In this document: positions 40,280 through 55,110 of the stretch, piece by piece
Position numbering within the stretch: position 1 is the stretch's first letter
Layout: every line of letters starts with the position of its first letter
Source of the DNA: Octopus vulgaris
Taxonomy: Eukaryota
Direction: 5' to 3'
Length of the DNA: 64,000 nucleotides
NCBI GenBank assembly: GCA_951406725.2
Contig: OX597824.1
Coordinates: 18,476,001-18,540,000, forward strand
The notes under the pieces: generated by a model
The model's database searches: none
Told to the model about the DNA's origin: nothing
What the model saw: the letters and a program-made list of their open reading frames with translations, nothing else
Made by a program: the position numbers and the translations under genes

Positions 40280-40803
40280 TAGCTCAATGTGGCTCTAAGT
40301 ACGATGGTGAAATAATTGATGGGAAAATTTCTTGCGACGCTCGTAGCTGTTAAAACCACCCGTGTCCTCAGTCCTTGTTTTCTACTGAGCTTTCAAAGAG
40401 TCACATTTGAGGAAAGAAACTCGCTATATAGTGTGACTGAGAAAAATTACTATTTTCTCTTGACAACACATCTACTGCGCAATTTGCGATGAGGCAAATG
40501 TAGAATTTGCTGTTCGTGATATTTTCGTTTATAACGTCTTTTCGTTTTTTTGCAACATCATTTCTTGAAAATGGTTTAGATAAATATTCTTTTGTGTCTG
40601 GGGAAAGTCATTTTCTTTTTGTGTCTTATAAGGTAACACACTCACCGGTAAAATTTCCCCTGATTTCTTATTTTTATTTTCCTAAAATTTTCAATAGTCT
40701 TGACTCTGTCCGTTATTTACATTCGTTCCTTTTTGCTTGTTTGTGCGCATGTGTGTGGGTCAGTGTGTGTGTCTGTGTGTGTGTACCTATGCATGCATGT
40801 ATG

Positions 40804-40875
<72 letters not shown>

Positions 40876-41029
40876 GAAGAAACTAGCTAAGTTGATTTCC
40901 GAAGAGGGATGAGCCCCGCAGATTTAAAGATGTCCAAGATACACCGTACGTCATGACGACGCCGTCCCTGCGGACCTATCAGGTTTCAAAAACCCAGGCA
41001 GGTAAGACAAGGAAGGGCCACAGTACTAT

Positions 41030-42145
41030 TACTAACACCTCATCACCGCCATCATTGGTAACACCACTACCATCACTACCACTGGGGCCAACACCACTAC
41101 CATCACTACCATACACCAGCCATCATATTCCACAACTTCTATTACCTCCACCGCAACCACTACCACCAGCACCACCGGGCACCACACTGCTACCATTACC
41201 ACCACCACCACCACCACCAGCATACATACACCTGTACTGTACACCACCTTGATCACCATGACAACATCACCACATGTCGCAACCACAATAAAACACCATC
41301 ATTATACCTCAAAACCGCTACTCTACACACACCACTGCAACTACCACCAGAACTACAATACACACCACACACACCACCACCACTACCACCAACACCACCA
41401 CCACCACTACCACCCCCACCACTACCACTACCACACACCACTACTACCGAAACTATCACAGCTGCCACTACCACAACAACCACCACTACCAAAGAACCAC
41501 ACGCCACTACTACCAAACTACATACCACTAACACTACGACGACAACCACGACTATCAAAACTACAACACCTACCACTACCACCACCACTGCCAAAGCTAT
41601 CACACGCCACTACTACCAAAACTACATACCTCTACCACTACGACGACCACCACCACCGCCACAACTACTATTATCAAAACTACCACACCTACCATTAACC
41701 ATCACCACCACTACCAAAGCTACCACACGCCACTACTACCAAAACTACATACCACTACGACGACAACCACCACAGCCACAACCATCACTAACAAAACTAC
41801 CACAACTACCACACCACCACCACCACCTCTGCCACAGCTACCACACGCCACTACTACCAAAACTACCACACCTACCACTACCACCACCACTGCCAAGCTA
41901 CCATACGCCACTACTACCAAAACCACATATCACTACCACTACGACCACCACAACCACTTCTATCAAAACTACCACACCTACCACTACCACCACCATCACC
42001 ACTACCAAAGCTACCACACGCCACTACTACCAAAACTACCACACTTACCACCATCACCACCACCACCATCACCACCACCACCACCACCGCAACCATCACC
42101 ACCACACCATAACCACAACATAACACCACGACTACACACCACAAC
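41030..42145. repeat. ACC/ACT-rich minisatellite (core CCAAAGCTACCACACGCCACTACTACCAAAACTAC)
   Basis: The core recurs at about 41590, 41713, 41835, 41892 and 42005. Confidence 0.85.
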
Positions 42146-42508
42146 CGACATCATTACAGTTTTTGCCCCCCCCCCCCCCACCCCCGTTCAGTTCAGTACC
42201 CTAGTCACCGCTCCACCCCGCCCCGCCCCGCCCCCCTAGTATACATCCCTACCCCCACTGTCATCACCACAATTCCATATTATATTTCAGGGACAAAACC
42301 CGCTTCCGTTTTAACAATGTTTATTTACGTCAGCCAAGAAATCTGCAAATTTCTTTCAAGAATTTTTTTTTTTCTTTCAATTCAGACTTTCCATTCCATT
42401 AGCTACAACTATTTGTCTTCTTCTTATTTTATTTCTTTGGTTCCACTCACACACAAACACACACACACACACACACACATTCCTTCTCTCTCTCTCTCTC
42501 TCTCTCTC

Positions 42509-42549
<41 letters not shown>

Positions 42550-42811
42550 GTATATATATATATACGTACACGCTGCTTTCTCTCTTTCCAGAACCACTTC
42601 TGCTAAAATACGCATACACACACACTCACATACACACACACACACACACGCACAAACACACCCACACTCACACACACACACACACTCACACACACTCACA
42701 CGCGCACACACATGAACACGCATTCACTCTTTCTTTCTTCTTTTCTTTCTGCAATCACTACTACTACTAGACACACACACACACACACACAAACGCACAC
42801 ACGCACACACA

Positions 42812-42867
<56 letters not shown>

Positions 42868-43919
42868 AACAAATACACACACACACACACACACGCTGCA
42901 CGACATAACATGCGCCTACGCACATATTTCCAGCACTCCTTAACACACCACTTTCAGAACTTAGACAACAAAATAGCATCGCCTCTTTATTCCGTGCTGC
43001 TATTGTTGTTGTTGTGGTTGTTTTGTTTTGTTTTTTATTATTATTTTTTTTTTGCTATTGTCGTTGATAATGATGATGATGACGATGATGACGATGCTGT
43101 CACTTCTGTTATTGTCGATGATGATGTTGTTGTTGTTGTTGTTGTTGTTGTACCCTCTCAACCTCTGTACATTGTTGATTCCAGTAGCAAGGTAATTAAA
43201 AAGATCTGAATGGTGATGGTGAATTTGATAATGGTTGTGTTGGAGGAGGAGGTGGCGATGGCGGTGGTAAGCGTGGTGGTGGCGATGGTGGTGGTGGAGG
43301 TGGTGGTGGTGGAGGTGGTGGTGCGCTGAAGATGGTGGGGGTTAGTGCTAATGGCGTCGACTGTGGCGGTGGTGTTCGTGATGGCGGTAGTTGGTGAAAG
43401 TGGTGGTGGTGGTGGTGGTGGTAGTGGTAGCGGTCGTGGTGGTGGTAGTAGTGGTGGCAGTAGTAGTAGTAGCCGTCGTGGCAGTGGTGGTGGTGGTGAT
43501 GGTGGTGGTGGTGGTGATGGTGGTATGGTGGTGGTGGTAGTAGTAGCGGCGTGGCGGTGGTGGTAGTGGTGTTGGTGGTGATGTTGGTGGTGGTGTTGGT
43601 GGTAGTGGTGGTAGTAGCGGTCGTGGTGGCACTGGTGGCGGTGATGGTGGTGGTGGTGGTGGTGGTGGTAGTCGTAGCGGTCGTGGCGGTGATGGTAGTG
43701 AGGTTGGTGGTGGTTGTGTTGGTGGTGATGGTGGCGGTGGTGGTGGTGGTGGTGGTGGTAGTAGTGTTGGTGGCGGTGGTTGTGGTGGTGGTGGTGATGG
43801 TGGTGGTAGATGTGTTGCAGGTGCTAGTAGTGGTATTTGTTGCGCTGATGGTGGTGGCAACGGTGCCAGTAGAAGCTGGTGGCAATTCTAACAGCAAAAG
43901 TGTCGACGTTGTTGTTGGC

Positions 43920-43966
<47 letters not shown>

Positions 43967-44859
43967 TGGTGGTGGTTGTGGTGGTAGTTGTAGTGGTGAG
44001 TATGATAGGGATGTGGCCTGGCATTACATAAGAATGGTACTGATGGCGGTGATAACAAGAACCGAGACTATGACAGCGCGGTGGTAGTGGTGGTGGTCGT
44101 AGTGGCGGTGGTGGCGGTGGTGGTGGTGGTGGTGGTGGTGGTCACTTGCTATTGTTTCACCTTGTTAGCTCATGATGGCTGTACCGAAGATCAAAGTCGT
44201 ACCCTCCACGAACATCCTATGTATCTCTAGGACTACAACAATACAATGTCCAATCTCTCTCTCTCTCTCTCTCCTTACCTTTAAAACAGTTGCAAGTGAT
44301 CCTTCATCGTTAAAGACAAACTTAGCTGCACTTTCTAGCGCATCGAGTGACACACAATTGTTTACTCGTAGGATCACTGTTGTATGTAACGTTTAGACAT
44401 AGATTCCAAGCATGATTACCCCATCTTTACTTTTTATTGCAAATTAGTGGGTAATAATTTCGTAAAGGTGTGCTGTAATGTTGTTGATGTTTAAGTGCGT
44501 ATTCCAACCGTGACCGTTCCATCTATTTGTGTATTAGATACTACGTTGTCCAATGTACTTTCTTCAGCAAATCTACTGCTCTGATTTGAGGGAGATATAT
44601 TAGTTAATTCTAGCAGTTCAGATGACTGTGTGGAGGCTTTCTGGTGGTTATTTAGCCCCAGGCAAACCATGAACGAGGAAGCTTGCAATTAAAGATATTT
44701 CGGCCATGACCATCCCAACTTCTAGCAGCCCAAGTATATCTAGGGCTACATTTTCCACGATGTTCTTCCTTTCTAAAACGGTAGATTGTCCGTTGTGATG
44801 GAAACGTTTGAAAATTAAGAAAAACGTATTTGTCTCATGTATTCCACGAGAAAAATATT

Positions 44860-45632
44860 TATTTCTTTATTGCTCAAAAGGGGCTAAACACAGAGGGGGA
44901 AAACAAAGGGATTAAGGCGATTGCAACGACCCCTGTGCGTAACTGGTACTTAATTTATCGTACTTAATTTAAAGGCGGCGAGCTGGCAGAAGCGTTAGCA
45001 CGCCGGGCGAAATGCGTAGCCGAATTTCGTCTGACGTTACGTTCTGAGTTCAAATACAGCCGAGGTCGACTTTGCCTTTCATCCTTTTGAGGTCGATTAA
45101 ATAAGTACCAGTTACGCACTGGGGTCGATGTAATCGGCTTAATCCGTTTGTCTGTCCTTGTTTGTCTCCTCTGTGTTTAGCTCCTTGTGGATAGTAAAGA
45201 AATTAAGTACTTAATTTATCGACACCGAAAAGTCGACCTCGGCGAAACATGAACTCAGAACGTAACAACAGAGGAAATACCTGTTTTTTTACTACCCACA
45301 AGGGGCTAAACATAGAGAGGACAAACAAGGACAGACAAAGGGATTAAGTCGATTATATCGACCCCGGTGCGTAACTGGTACTTAATTTATCGACCCCGAA
45401 AGGATGAAAGGTAAAGTCGACCTCGGCGAAACTTGAACTCAGAACGTAACAATAGATTAAATACGTATTTCTTTACCACCCACAAGGAGCTAAACACAGA
45501 GAGGACAAACAAGGACATACAAACGGATTAAGTCGATTACATCGACCCCAGTGCGTAACTGGTACTTAATTTATCGACCCCGAAAGGATGAAAGGCAAAG
45601 TCGACCTCGGCGGAATTTGAACTCAGAACGTA
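44860..45632. mobile_element. Nested SINE-C cluster: three minus units with a plus copy at 44972-45203
   Basis: GTACTTAATTTA is duplicated around the inner copy; head-less junctions at ~45280 and ~45465. Confidence 0.88.
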
Positions 45633-45862
45633 GTGCCTGGCAGAATCGTTAGAACTGGGGTCAAATACCTTGAGGTATTTGCTTGTGTCTCTTAGTGTGC
45701 TGAGGTCAACTTTCTCTTTTCGACCTTTCGGTAGCGATAAATCAAATAACCAATCAAGTACGACTAACCAATTCCGGTTCTTAAGGAATTGCTGACCTTG
45801 TGTTTAAAACATCATTCATCATCATCGGCATCATCATTGTTATCATCTTATATATTCATCCC

Positions 45863-46253
45863 TCAATATATATATAAAGCTGAAGTTGTCTGTGTATGGC
45901 AGGTTTGGTCACCTCCAATTAAACTATCTGCTCCGAGACCCTGCGGCGCAAGTTGACCAAAATTGAGAGTATGATAGAAGAAGGCTTGCTCTTCCTTCCG
46001 TAGAAGAAAAAATTCAAATCGGACCATGTTAACACAAAAAATTATTTACATCAAAAAGGTGCTTTTTTGCTATGAAAATCCCTACTTCTTACGATATTTT
46101 GACTGCTGTGTCGCCGTTTTTCGGTGTATTTCAACCAGAAAAATGTTCACTTGAAGAGAATAACAAGCTACATAATGCAAAATTTTTACTATTCATAAAT
46201 TCCAATTCTAAAGGGTCGAAACAAACCCGAGCAACGCCGGGCGATACTGCTAG
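45863..46253 (+). mobile_element. Non-autonomous Helitron
   Basis: 5' TC..TATATATATAAAG; 3' hairpin CCCGAGCAACGCCGGG followed 8 nt later by CTAG (46250-46253) and then T. Confidence 0.85.
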
Positions 46254-46359
46254 TATATATATAGTTAATCGAAATATGAACAAGCAAGATAAAACAACAA
46301 CACGAGGACGTGGAATAACTACAGTGTTATTGGATGCTCAGGAAAGAAAAGAAAGAGGA

Positions 46360-46392
46360 TTTCACGTTTCGAGCAAAGCTCTTCATCAGAAA
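46360..46392 (-). ncRNA. Minimal hammerhead motif, family H2 (element 46264-46456)
   Basis: TTT-CTGATGA-A-GAGC-ttt-GCTC-GAAA-CG-TG-AAA; cleavage base is G, probably inactive. Confidence 0.7.
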
Positions 46393-46483
46393 TATAGGAA
46401 AAGTCCAAAGGGAGGACGGAGAAAGAAAATCGCCAACGATACACACACAGTCACACATATATGTGTATGTGTGACTCTGTGTG

Positions 46484-46545
<62 letters not shown>

Positions 46546-47748
46546 CAAGATAAGGCAGAAAACGAGAAAACAAATACAGACAGAACAACCGGAGAATTTT
46601 CTTTTTAGCAGCAATCCAGATTAAGGTATTTGCATTATAAAGCGTTGACCAAAGTCCACTCCTTCAACCATAGTTACAGTCAATAAGGATTTTATCCGTT
46701 CAAAACGTAACAAAGACGAGAGCATATAATCAAATATTTTAGGATGATACATAAGTTTCAGGAGAGATGATACACCTAGACGAGATTATAATAAATATTA
46801 AAACTGAGAACAAAAGAGATGGGACAGGACAATGAATAAAACCGCGATTAAGACTAACTGATTAGGATGAAGGCGAAAGCAAAGGAAACGAGAATTCGGA
46901 ACCAAACAAGCCAAAATATTCTAGTCAGGTCCTTCCTTGCTGAGGCCTCAGACGCAGCAGTCCCAGGGGCTCAATGCAGTAGAGCTACGAGCCCACATGG
47001 TGTTTTAAGTAAGAGGGTCTTGTAGTTTCTTCGAAGCTGGATATACGGTGTATTTCTATCATTATGTAGAATTTGTAGATGGATTTCTTTGTGCCTAACG
47101 CGTCTGATATTAGACTTCAACACTTGAAGCTAGATTAGTGGAGGCCACCATCGAAAGATAGCATTGTCACTAATGATGTCAATGTATATTTGCATATTTG
47201 TAGTATATATGTGTGCACCCACCCTCTCCCTTCCACCCTCTCCCTTCCACCCTCTCCCTTCCACCCTCTCCCTTCATCTCCTCCCCGCCATCGTTGCCCC
47301 ACCCTATACATTCCAACACCACCAACCCTATACATCACATCCCACCTCCGCCCCATCCGTTAGACTCCCCACCCTTGCTTTCCTCACTCCCGCCTCTCCT
47401 ACATCCTGACACCACCACACCACACCACCACACCACATACCACCACACCACACACCACCATACCACACTACATCACACCATCCCGCACGCACTAGCACTG
47501 ACCATTTCCCAGCACCTACACCATCATCCACTCGCCTACATATGCACACACGCACACGTCAATGTCACCAGCCCCCTTCCACACGCACATACACGCTCTC
47601 ACATACAAACGCACGCGCACCTTCGTTTTGGGATCACCACTACTTTATTATCTCCTCTTCTTCTTAGCTCTCCTGGCTGACCCATCTGACCGGCATTCGC
47701 CATGATAAATCGTTAACCACTATACCTTTTTTCTATATTATCTCCCTG

Positions 47749-47782
47749 TTTCTGTCGAAGAGCGTAGGCTCGAAACATAAAA
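47749..47782 (+). ncRNA. Hammerhead-like motif, family H3 (A6>U)
   Basis: TTT-CTGTCGA-A-GAGC-gtag-GCTC-GAAA-CA-TA-AAA. Confidence 0.55.
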
Positions 47783-47994
47783 GACTTTCTCACTTCCCGA
47801 ACGTTAAACTAATACATCTGTTCGTTGTTTACACACCCGTCTTCGTATTTCGCTTTTTGTCAATACTATATATATATATATATATCTTCACGTGACCGAC
47901 CAGATCATCAGATGTTGTTACACATCGCTGGTCACAATGCGTACGCATTGTTTTAGCCTTCGAATGACGCCACCCTGCTGGCTAAGCGAGCAGG

Positions 47995-48036
<42 letters not shown>

Positions 48037-48042
<6 letters not shown>

Positions 48043-48181
48043 AAGCAGCAGAAAATTCAACAAAACCTGTTACTCTGAGTTTTGTTGAATTTTCTGCTGC
48101 TTTAAATAAAGCATATTGCTCTACCACTGGTATTTGAGTACACTTTTTTTCTACCTTGTTTCACATTTATATGTTTACTCC

Positions 48182-48183
<2 letters not shown>
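48037..48183. mobile_element. Family H5 palindromic element with the hairpin tip deleted
   Basis: Perfect inverted repeat 48037-48108; arms and tail homologous to 59061-59292. Confidence 0.85.
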
Positions 48184-48215
<32 letters not shown>

Positions 48216-48599
48216 TATATATATTATTTTTGTGGTAAACGTATTCAACCACGCAACGCACAGTGTGACCAGGAAGATGTACCATGAACACAAACATTCA
48301 TACGGTCAAGCGACAATAGATACGGGATATGCTTTCAGTCGCATACCTTTACTTTCGGTAGATATAGATATACATCACCCCCCCTAGTGTGAAAATCAGA
48401 TCATCGTCTCGTAACGTGTGTGTTTGAATGTGCGTGTTTGTGTGTTTGTATGTATGTATATGTATATATATATATATTTGCACACACGTATGACTCTATG
48501 TAAAACTAAGCCTTCATCCAACGGTAATGGTGCGCAACTTCATAAATCTCTGCTTCTGAGAGTCTTTAGGTTCATGTGTAGGATTCTTTATATATGAAT

Positions 48600-48982
48600 G
48601 GAGGCGCAATGGCCCAGTGGTTAGGGCAGCGGACTCGCGGTCGTAGGATCGCGGTTTCGATTCCCTGACCGGGTGTTGTGAGTGTTTATTGAGCGAAAAC
48701 ACCTAAAGCTCCACGAGGCTCCGGCAGGGCATGGTGGTGATCCCTGCTGTACTCTTTCACCACAACTTTCTCTCACTCTTACTTCCTGTTTCTGTTGTAC
48801 CTTGTATTTCAAAGGGCCGGCCTTGTCACTCTCTGTGTCACGCTGAATATCCCCGAGAACTACGTTAAGGGTGCACGTGTCTGTGGAGTGCTCAGCCACT
48901 TACACGTTAATTTCACGAGCAGGCTGTTCCGTTGATTCGGATCAACCGGAACCCTCGTCGTCGTAACCGACGGAGTGCTTCC
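48600..48982 (+). mobile_element. SINE family A, full length
   Basis: TSD ATATATGAAT at 48590-48599 and 48983-48992. Confidence 0.95.
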
Positions 48983-49290
48983 ATATATGAATATATGCTC
49001 TTGTATATATATATATATTCGTTATACACGCACACACACATGCACATACTCATTCACTCACTCACTCACACAGACACACACATACACACAGACAAATGGG
49101 CACAGAGACTCACAAAATATATAGTTTATTCATGAACGTGCGGTTGCCGGTATGCTAACGTATGTAGGTGGAAATATCTCCGCTTCTTGCTCATTATTTT
49201 AAGTGAGCCTAATTCCACTTGTGTGGTTGTGTATCTACGTGCATATATACACACTTACATACATACACACGCACACATATGCACATGATG

Positions 49291-49353
<63 letters not shown>

Positions 49354-49567
49354 ATACATATGTATGTATGTATATATACTCATTGAGTTGGTGAGGAGCA
49401 GATAGCAGGGAATTCCATGCAAGTTTATACCTGCATTTGTGCTTGTGTGAGCATCAATTTGTATACACAATTTCTTATTTTCTTTCGTTTTTGCCAAACG
49501 CAGATGCATCTCAGCATCTCATTCTTGCGCGCATTATATGTACGTACATACATACATACATACATAC

Positions 49568-49642
<75 letters not shown>

Positions 49643-49787
49643 ATATATATGTATGTATATATGTATGTATGTATCATTGTCTGTGTGGTACTCTCTCCTT
49701 TCTCACCGTATCTCCTTCACATCCTCTTTATTCTTCTCTTTATCTCTTCCCTTGTGTTCCTACATGTGCACGCATGTCTGTCTGTCC

Positions 49788-49836
<49 letters not shown>

Positions 49837-50299
49837 CATGTGTTCGTGTGTGTTTCATTGTATATATCGCTCTGCATGTGTGCGTGTTTTTTGACAGCCT
49901 GTAAGCAACGGGAGGTAAAAATAAAAATATTCCGATATTAATAGAGTGAATATAGGAAGAAAATAATACCAATTTCTGAAGCGTATTAAGGGAATTCAAA
50001 AGATGCCTTACTAAATACATCTATGTCAAATGGCTTGTTCTTTCACATGTCTTTCAGCCTAATCTATCAATTCCATTCTTCGTCAGAGCTAATTTCTTTT
50101 TTCGCCATTTTCATTTTTCTTATCTACATCAAAATCTACTTTCATTCTCTCCATCTCTCTCTCTCTTTCTCACACACACACAGACTCTCTCTCTCTCTCT
50201 TTTTCTCTCTCACACACACACATACACTTACACACACATAAACATATATACACTCATGCACTCAAAGAAACAGAAATACGTAAAAATACATGCACGTAG

Positions 50300-50348
<49 letters not shown>

Positions 50349-50727
50349 CACAACAAACACACACACACACACACACATAACATACACACACACATACACA
50401 CATATATAATCTTTGGCAATAATATCTATATATCTTTATTTACATTTTTATCTGTAATCTTTATCTACATCTGCATTTATCTATCTATGGTTATATATAT
50501 ATATATATATGTATATGTATATATGTACATGTATATATATATATATATATATGTATATAGTATAAATATATGTTTGTATATATATATATATACATACATA
50601 TACATATATATAATAAACATATATGTATAGATATGTGTAAATTTTAGAGCCCCAAAAAAGTCCAGCCATGCCAAGATAGGATTTAAATATGTATACATAC
50701 ACATGTAATTATATGTATATATATATA

Positions 50728-50761
<34 letters not shown>

Positions 50762-50924
50762 CACGCACACATATATATATATATGTACAAAAAATTTAAA
50801 TTGAAAACACGCGTGATATATTATATTTCCTTAAAAGGAAATTTTTTAAAAGCAATATGTTTTAGAAGATAGCATTATTAATTTTTTTTATACCTTTTAC
50901 TTACCAATACACATATCTACATAC

Positions 50925-50984
<60 letters not shown>

Positions 50985-52515
50985 AACACATCCATAAATA
51001 TATGTATGCATGCGTGTGTCTATAAGTATGTCCTTGTATATATGCATGTAAAATATATTTAAGTATGTAACATATAATGTGTATGTGTGTGCAACTGCGT
51101 TTGATTTCATGCAAGTGTATAGGCTTTCCAAGTGTATGCGTTGTTTTGCCTGTATGTTCACGTTTACCTATGTGTTTTTCTTTACACTTGTGTGCGCATG
51201 CGTATGTTTGTATGATTCTATTCAATTGCATGTATATGGATATCTTTCGATATTTTCAAGTCAAAAACTTTCCCAATCAACAATGGCTTCTAAGATATAA
51301 CACCATAACACTTTCTTCTTTTATAGTCGAGTATCTAAGAGATCCACCATAAGTCGCTACGTATTCACTCGATATATCAAACTAGATATATCTCAAAATA
51401 CACCATAACATTTTAAAATTGATGTCCGTATTAAGAAAATTAGGCTTAGATAAAATACGATGGGGGAAAAGAAGCATTGGTTAAGGCTGTAACGGTTTTA
51501 ACAATGGCTTCTAGATAACATGTAAATTAGGGTTGAACAATATTGTCAAATGTCTATTGATGGTACATGGGTGTATATTGTGGTAAAGATGTTTGGCTGT
51601 CAACCACAAAATATGAGGTCAGTTCTTGAAACAGACGTCTTGCGTTCTTGAACAAGTCACCGCCGTTCACGTTGATCGAGTCTATTTAACTGGGACGAGT
51701 ATGAGCCAAATGCTGTGGCAACTTGCTCTCCTTCCAGCTATCATATCGTGGATGTTCCGCTGTGCTCAAGGTTGAAAGAATCGAGAGTGCGCCTGTCTTC
51801 GCTTTCGATTTCATAAATCCCTGAAACATTTAGCGAAAAAATTCTACACACTACCACACCATGCTTCCTGGTGGATGACTTATAGTCGCGATGTGGTTCA
51901 CATCGCTGTGTTAGCTCAATTCGGTGGATAAGCCGTGATGAATGAAGCAAAGTCTGAAATGAAAACTAATGATGCCGTTTGGACGAACGAAGATCTGACT
52001 GGTATATCACAGATCAGGCACAGCTATGTGGCTCAGAAGTTCGCCTTCGAAGCAAAGGGTTTCGGGTTCACTCCAGCTTCTGTATTTTTAAAATTATTTT
52101 TATAATTTGCATATATTTATTTCAATATAAATGCGAAAGAACGCCACACATTCGACTCCTGTGTTTCGTTTTCCATACAGTACGTGCGATACTTTGTTTA
52201 CTCATCTACGGTATACAACGAATTTTCTTTTAATATATTTTAATTAATGTGTTTGTTATACAGTGCATTTATTTTTATTTATTGATTTATTAATTTTTAG
52301 GCGTGAAAATGCTTATTTTACCACTGAAATAAGTAAAATCTAGAAAAAGTCCTACTGCGTGAGAACTTGGGCAAATGCCTTCTACTATAGCCTCGGGCCG
52401 ACCAAAGCCTTGTGAGGGAAATTGAAGGAAGCCCGTCTTCAAAATGTGACCGCGTGTGTACCGTTGGCGATATATTTCCTCTGTCTTCCCTTCTCTGGAT
52501 CTTTCTTTCTCCTAT

Positions 52516-52550
52516 GTTTCCGACGAAGAGCTCCGCTCGAAACGTCACAC
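52516..52550 (+). ncRNA. Minimal hammerhead motif, family H2 (element 52445-52647)
   Basis: GTTT-CCGACGA-A-GAGC-tcc-GCTC-GAAA-CG-TC-ACAC. Confidence 0.72.
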
Positions 52551-52643
52551 CCTCCTTCTTTCCTTCTTTCCTGAGCGTCCAATAATACTATATTTGTTCC
52601 ACGTCCTCGCGTTGTTGTGTTTTTTGTGCTTTCTTGTTTGGAT

Positions 52644-52680
<37 letters not shown>

Positions 52681-52908
52681 GAATGTATGTATGTATTTGT
52701 GAGTCAGTATTTGTCATCCCTCCATCGCTTGGCAACCAATGTTGGTGTGTTTACTTCACCCGTAACTTAACGTTTCGCCAAGAGAGACCGATAGGATAAG
52801 TACTAGGTTTACAAAGAATAAATCCTGGTGTCGATCTTTTCGACTAAAGGCGGTGCTCCAGAATGGCCGCAATCAAATGATTGAAAAAGTAAAGGTATAA
52901 AGGAATAT

Positions 52909-52946
<38 letters not shown>

Positions 52947-52996
52947 CATATCGTTAGCCACAACACGCATTTTTCTCTCCTTGTTTTTCTGTGTCC

Positions 52997-53032
52997 CTTT
53001 CTGTAGAAGAGCGTAGGCTCGAAACGTAAAAG
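52997..53032 (+). ncRNA. Hammerhead-like motif, family H3 (element ~52946-53126)
   Basis: CTTT-CTGTAGA-A-GAGC-gtag-GCTC-GAAA-CG-TA-AAAG. Confidence 0.65.
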
Positions 53033-53124
53033 ACTTTTTCTATTCCTGAGCGTATACTAATACATCTGTTTGTTTTGTATACCACCTGTCTTCATCTTTT
53101 GTTTTTTTTTCTTAAAATCTCCCT

Positions 53125-53192
<68 letters not shown>

Positions 53193-54201
53193 TATATACA
53201 TATATGTACATTATATATGTATATATATTCTTTTATTCTTTTATTCGTTTGTCATTTGACTGAAGTCATACTGGAGCACCGCCTGTAATCGAACAAATCA
53301 AGCCCAGTACTTATTCTTTGTAAGCTTAGTACTTATTCTATCGGTCTCTTTCGCCGAACCGCTAAGTTACGGGTACGTGAACACACCAACATCGGTTGTC
53401 AAGCGATGCTGGGGTGACAAACACAGACACACACATACATATATTGATATATATATAGATGAGTGTATTTTTACCTTGTTAACAATTAACACGGAAAAAT
53501 AAATAAATAGTTACCAGGGCAGCAAAAATTCTTTTGAATAGTATCAGTGGAATTTTCGAAACATGTGTAGAAAGTAAAAATACTTGTTTAAACCTGCGTT
53601 AACTCCATTTTTTATTCATATATATATATACAAATATATGGCGGCTTCTTTCAACTTCCATCTGCCAAATCCATGCAGTAGCCCTTTGGTCGGCCGGAGG
53701 CTATATTAGACTTAGAGAACACTTGCTCAAATCAACGTACGTTGATCTGAAACCAAAACCACAAGGTTTAGAAGCAAGCTTAAACCTAAACAGCGACGAC
53801 TGTGCCTAAACAATTATGAATAAAAACTGGAGACAACAGCATAAAATTGTTTCACATCTTGTATTTTCATAACTACTAAAGCTGAGAAAAGAAGTGTCTT
53901 CGGACATCGTTTTAACAGTCGATCGGTTTACATGTCAGCTTATCGGATTAGAAGCGGAAGAAACACGACGAGTGCATCAAGATATTATAAGGCTCGGTGC
54001 CATCAATAGCCCGGCTTTGCTCACCATCGCTGTTTTGCTTATTTGTCCTTTTTGTTTGTTTTTTTTTTATCTATTATTGTTTTGTTTGTTATATTTGTTG
54101 TATAATTTAATTTCGGGTCTTTCTACATTTTTGTTTTTGTTAGGTTTTTTTTCTTCTTTTCCATGTGTCATGAACATTTTCCAGAATTGAAATATACTCG
54201 G

Positions 54202-54234
<33 letters not shown>

Positions 54235-54347
54235 TGTGCGTGTGTGTGTGTGTGTGTGTGTATGAATATATATATATATATATATATATATCTATGCACA
54301 CATAAATATATATATGTGTATATATATATATTTATATATATATATAC

Positions 54348-54379
<32 letters not shown>

Positions 54380-54593
54380 GTACTCAGATATATATACACA
54401 TGTATATATATATATATATGTGTACATATATATATATGTATATATATATGTTTATACACACATAAACATATATACGTACGTACACATACATGCGTATATG
54501 TATATGAGTGTGTGGTTTCCTGATGAGCGTGTGTGCATAAGCGTATATATATATCTATATACAGTATATTTACTGTATATATATATATATATT

Positions 54594-54667
<74 letters not shown>

Positions 54668-54700
54668 AATATATATATACATATATATATATTTATATAA

Positions 54701-54732
<32 letters not shown>

Positions 54733-54775
54733 ATATATATTTATACAGTATATGTGCAGTATATATGTGTATGTG

Positions 54776-54807
<32 letters not shown>

Positions 54808-54931
54808 CTTTATATATGAATATATATGTATATATGCATGTATATATATCTATGTATACACACTTATGCATGATACAAGTAGACATATAAACTTATCTAT
54901 ATAGTACATAAAGATATAAGCCTATCTGTTT

Positions 54932-54966
<35 letters not shown>

Positions 54967-55068
54967 CAAACACATACTCTCTCTTAGCCCCTCTCTTTCT
55001 CTTCCTTTCTCTTCCTGTTTTCTCTCTTTATCTATCTCTCTCTCTCTCTCTCTCTCTCTCATTATCTA

Positions 55069-55110
<42 letters not shown>

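Noticed and set aside
44279-44376. Minus-strand exon candidate with AAG|GTAAG donor
   Set aside because: Weak acceptor and unrecognisable peptide.
53540-53572. GAAACATGTGTAGA as the 3' half of a hammerhead
   Set aside because: 5' core is unrecognisable.
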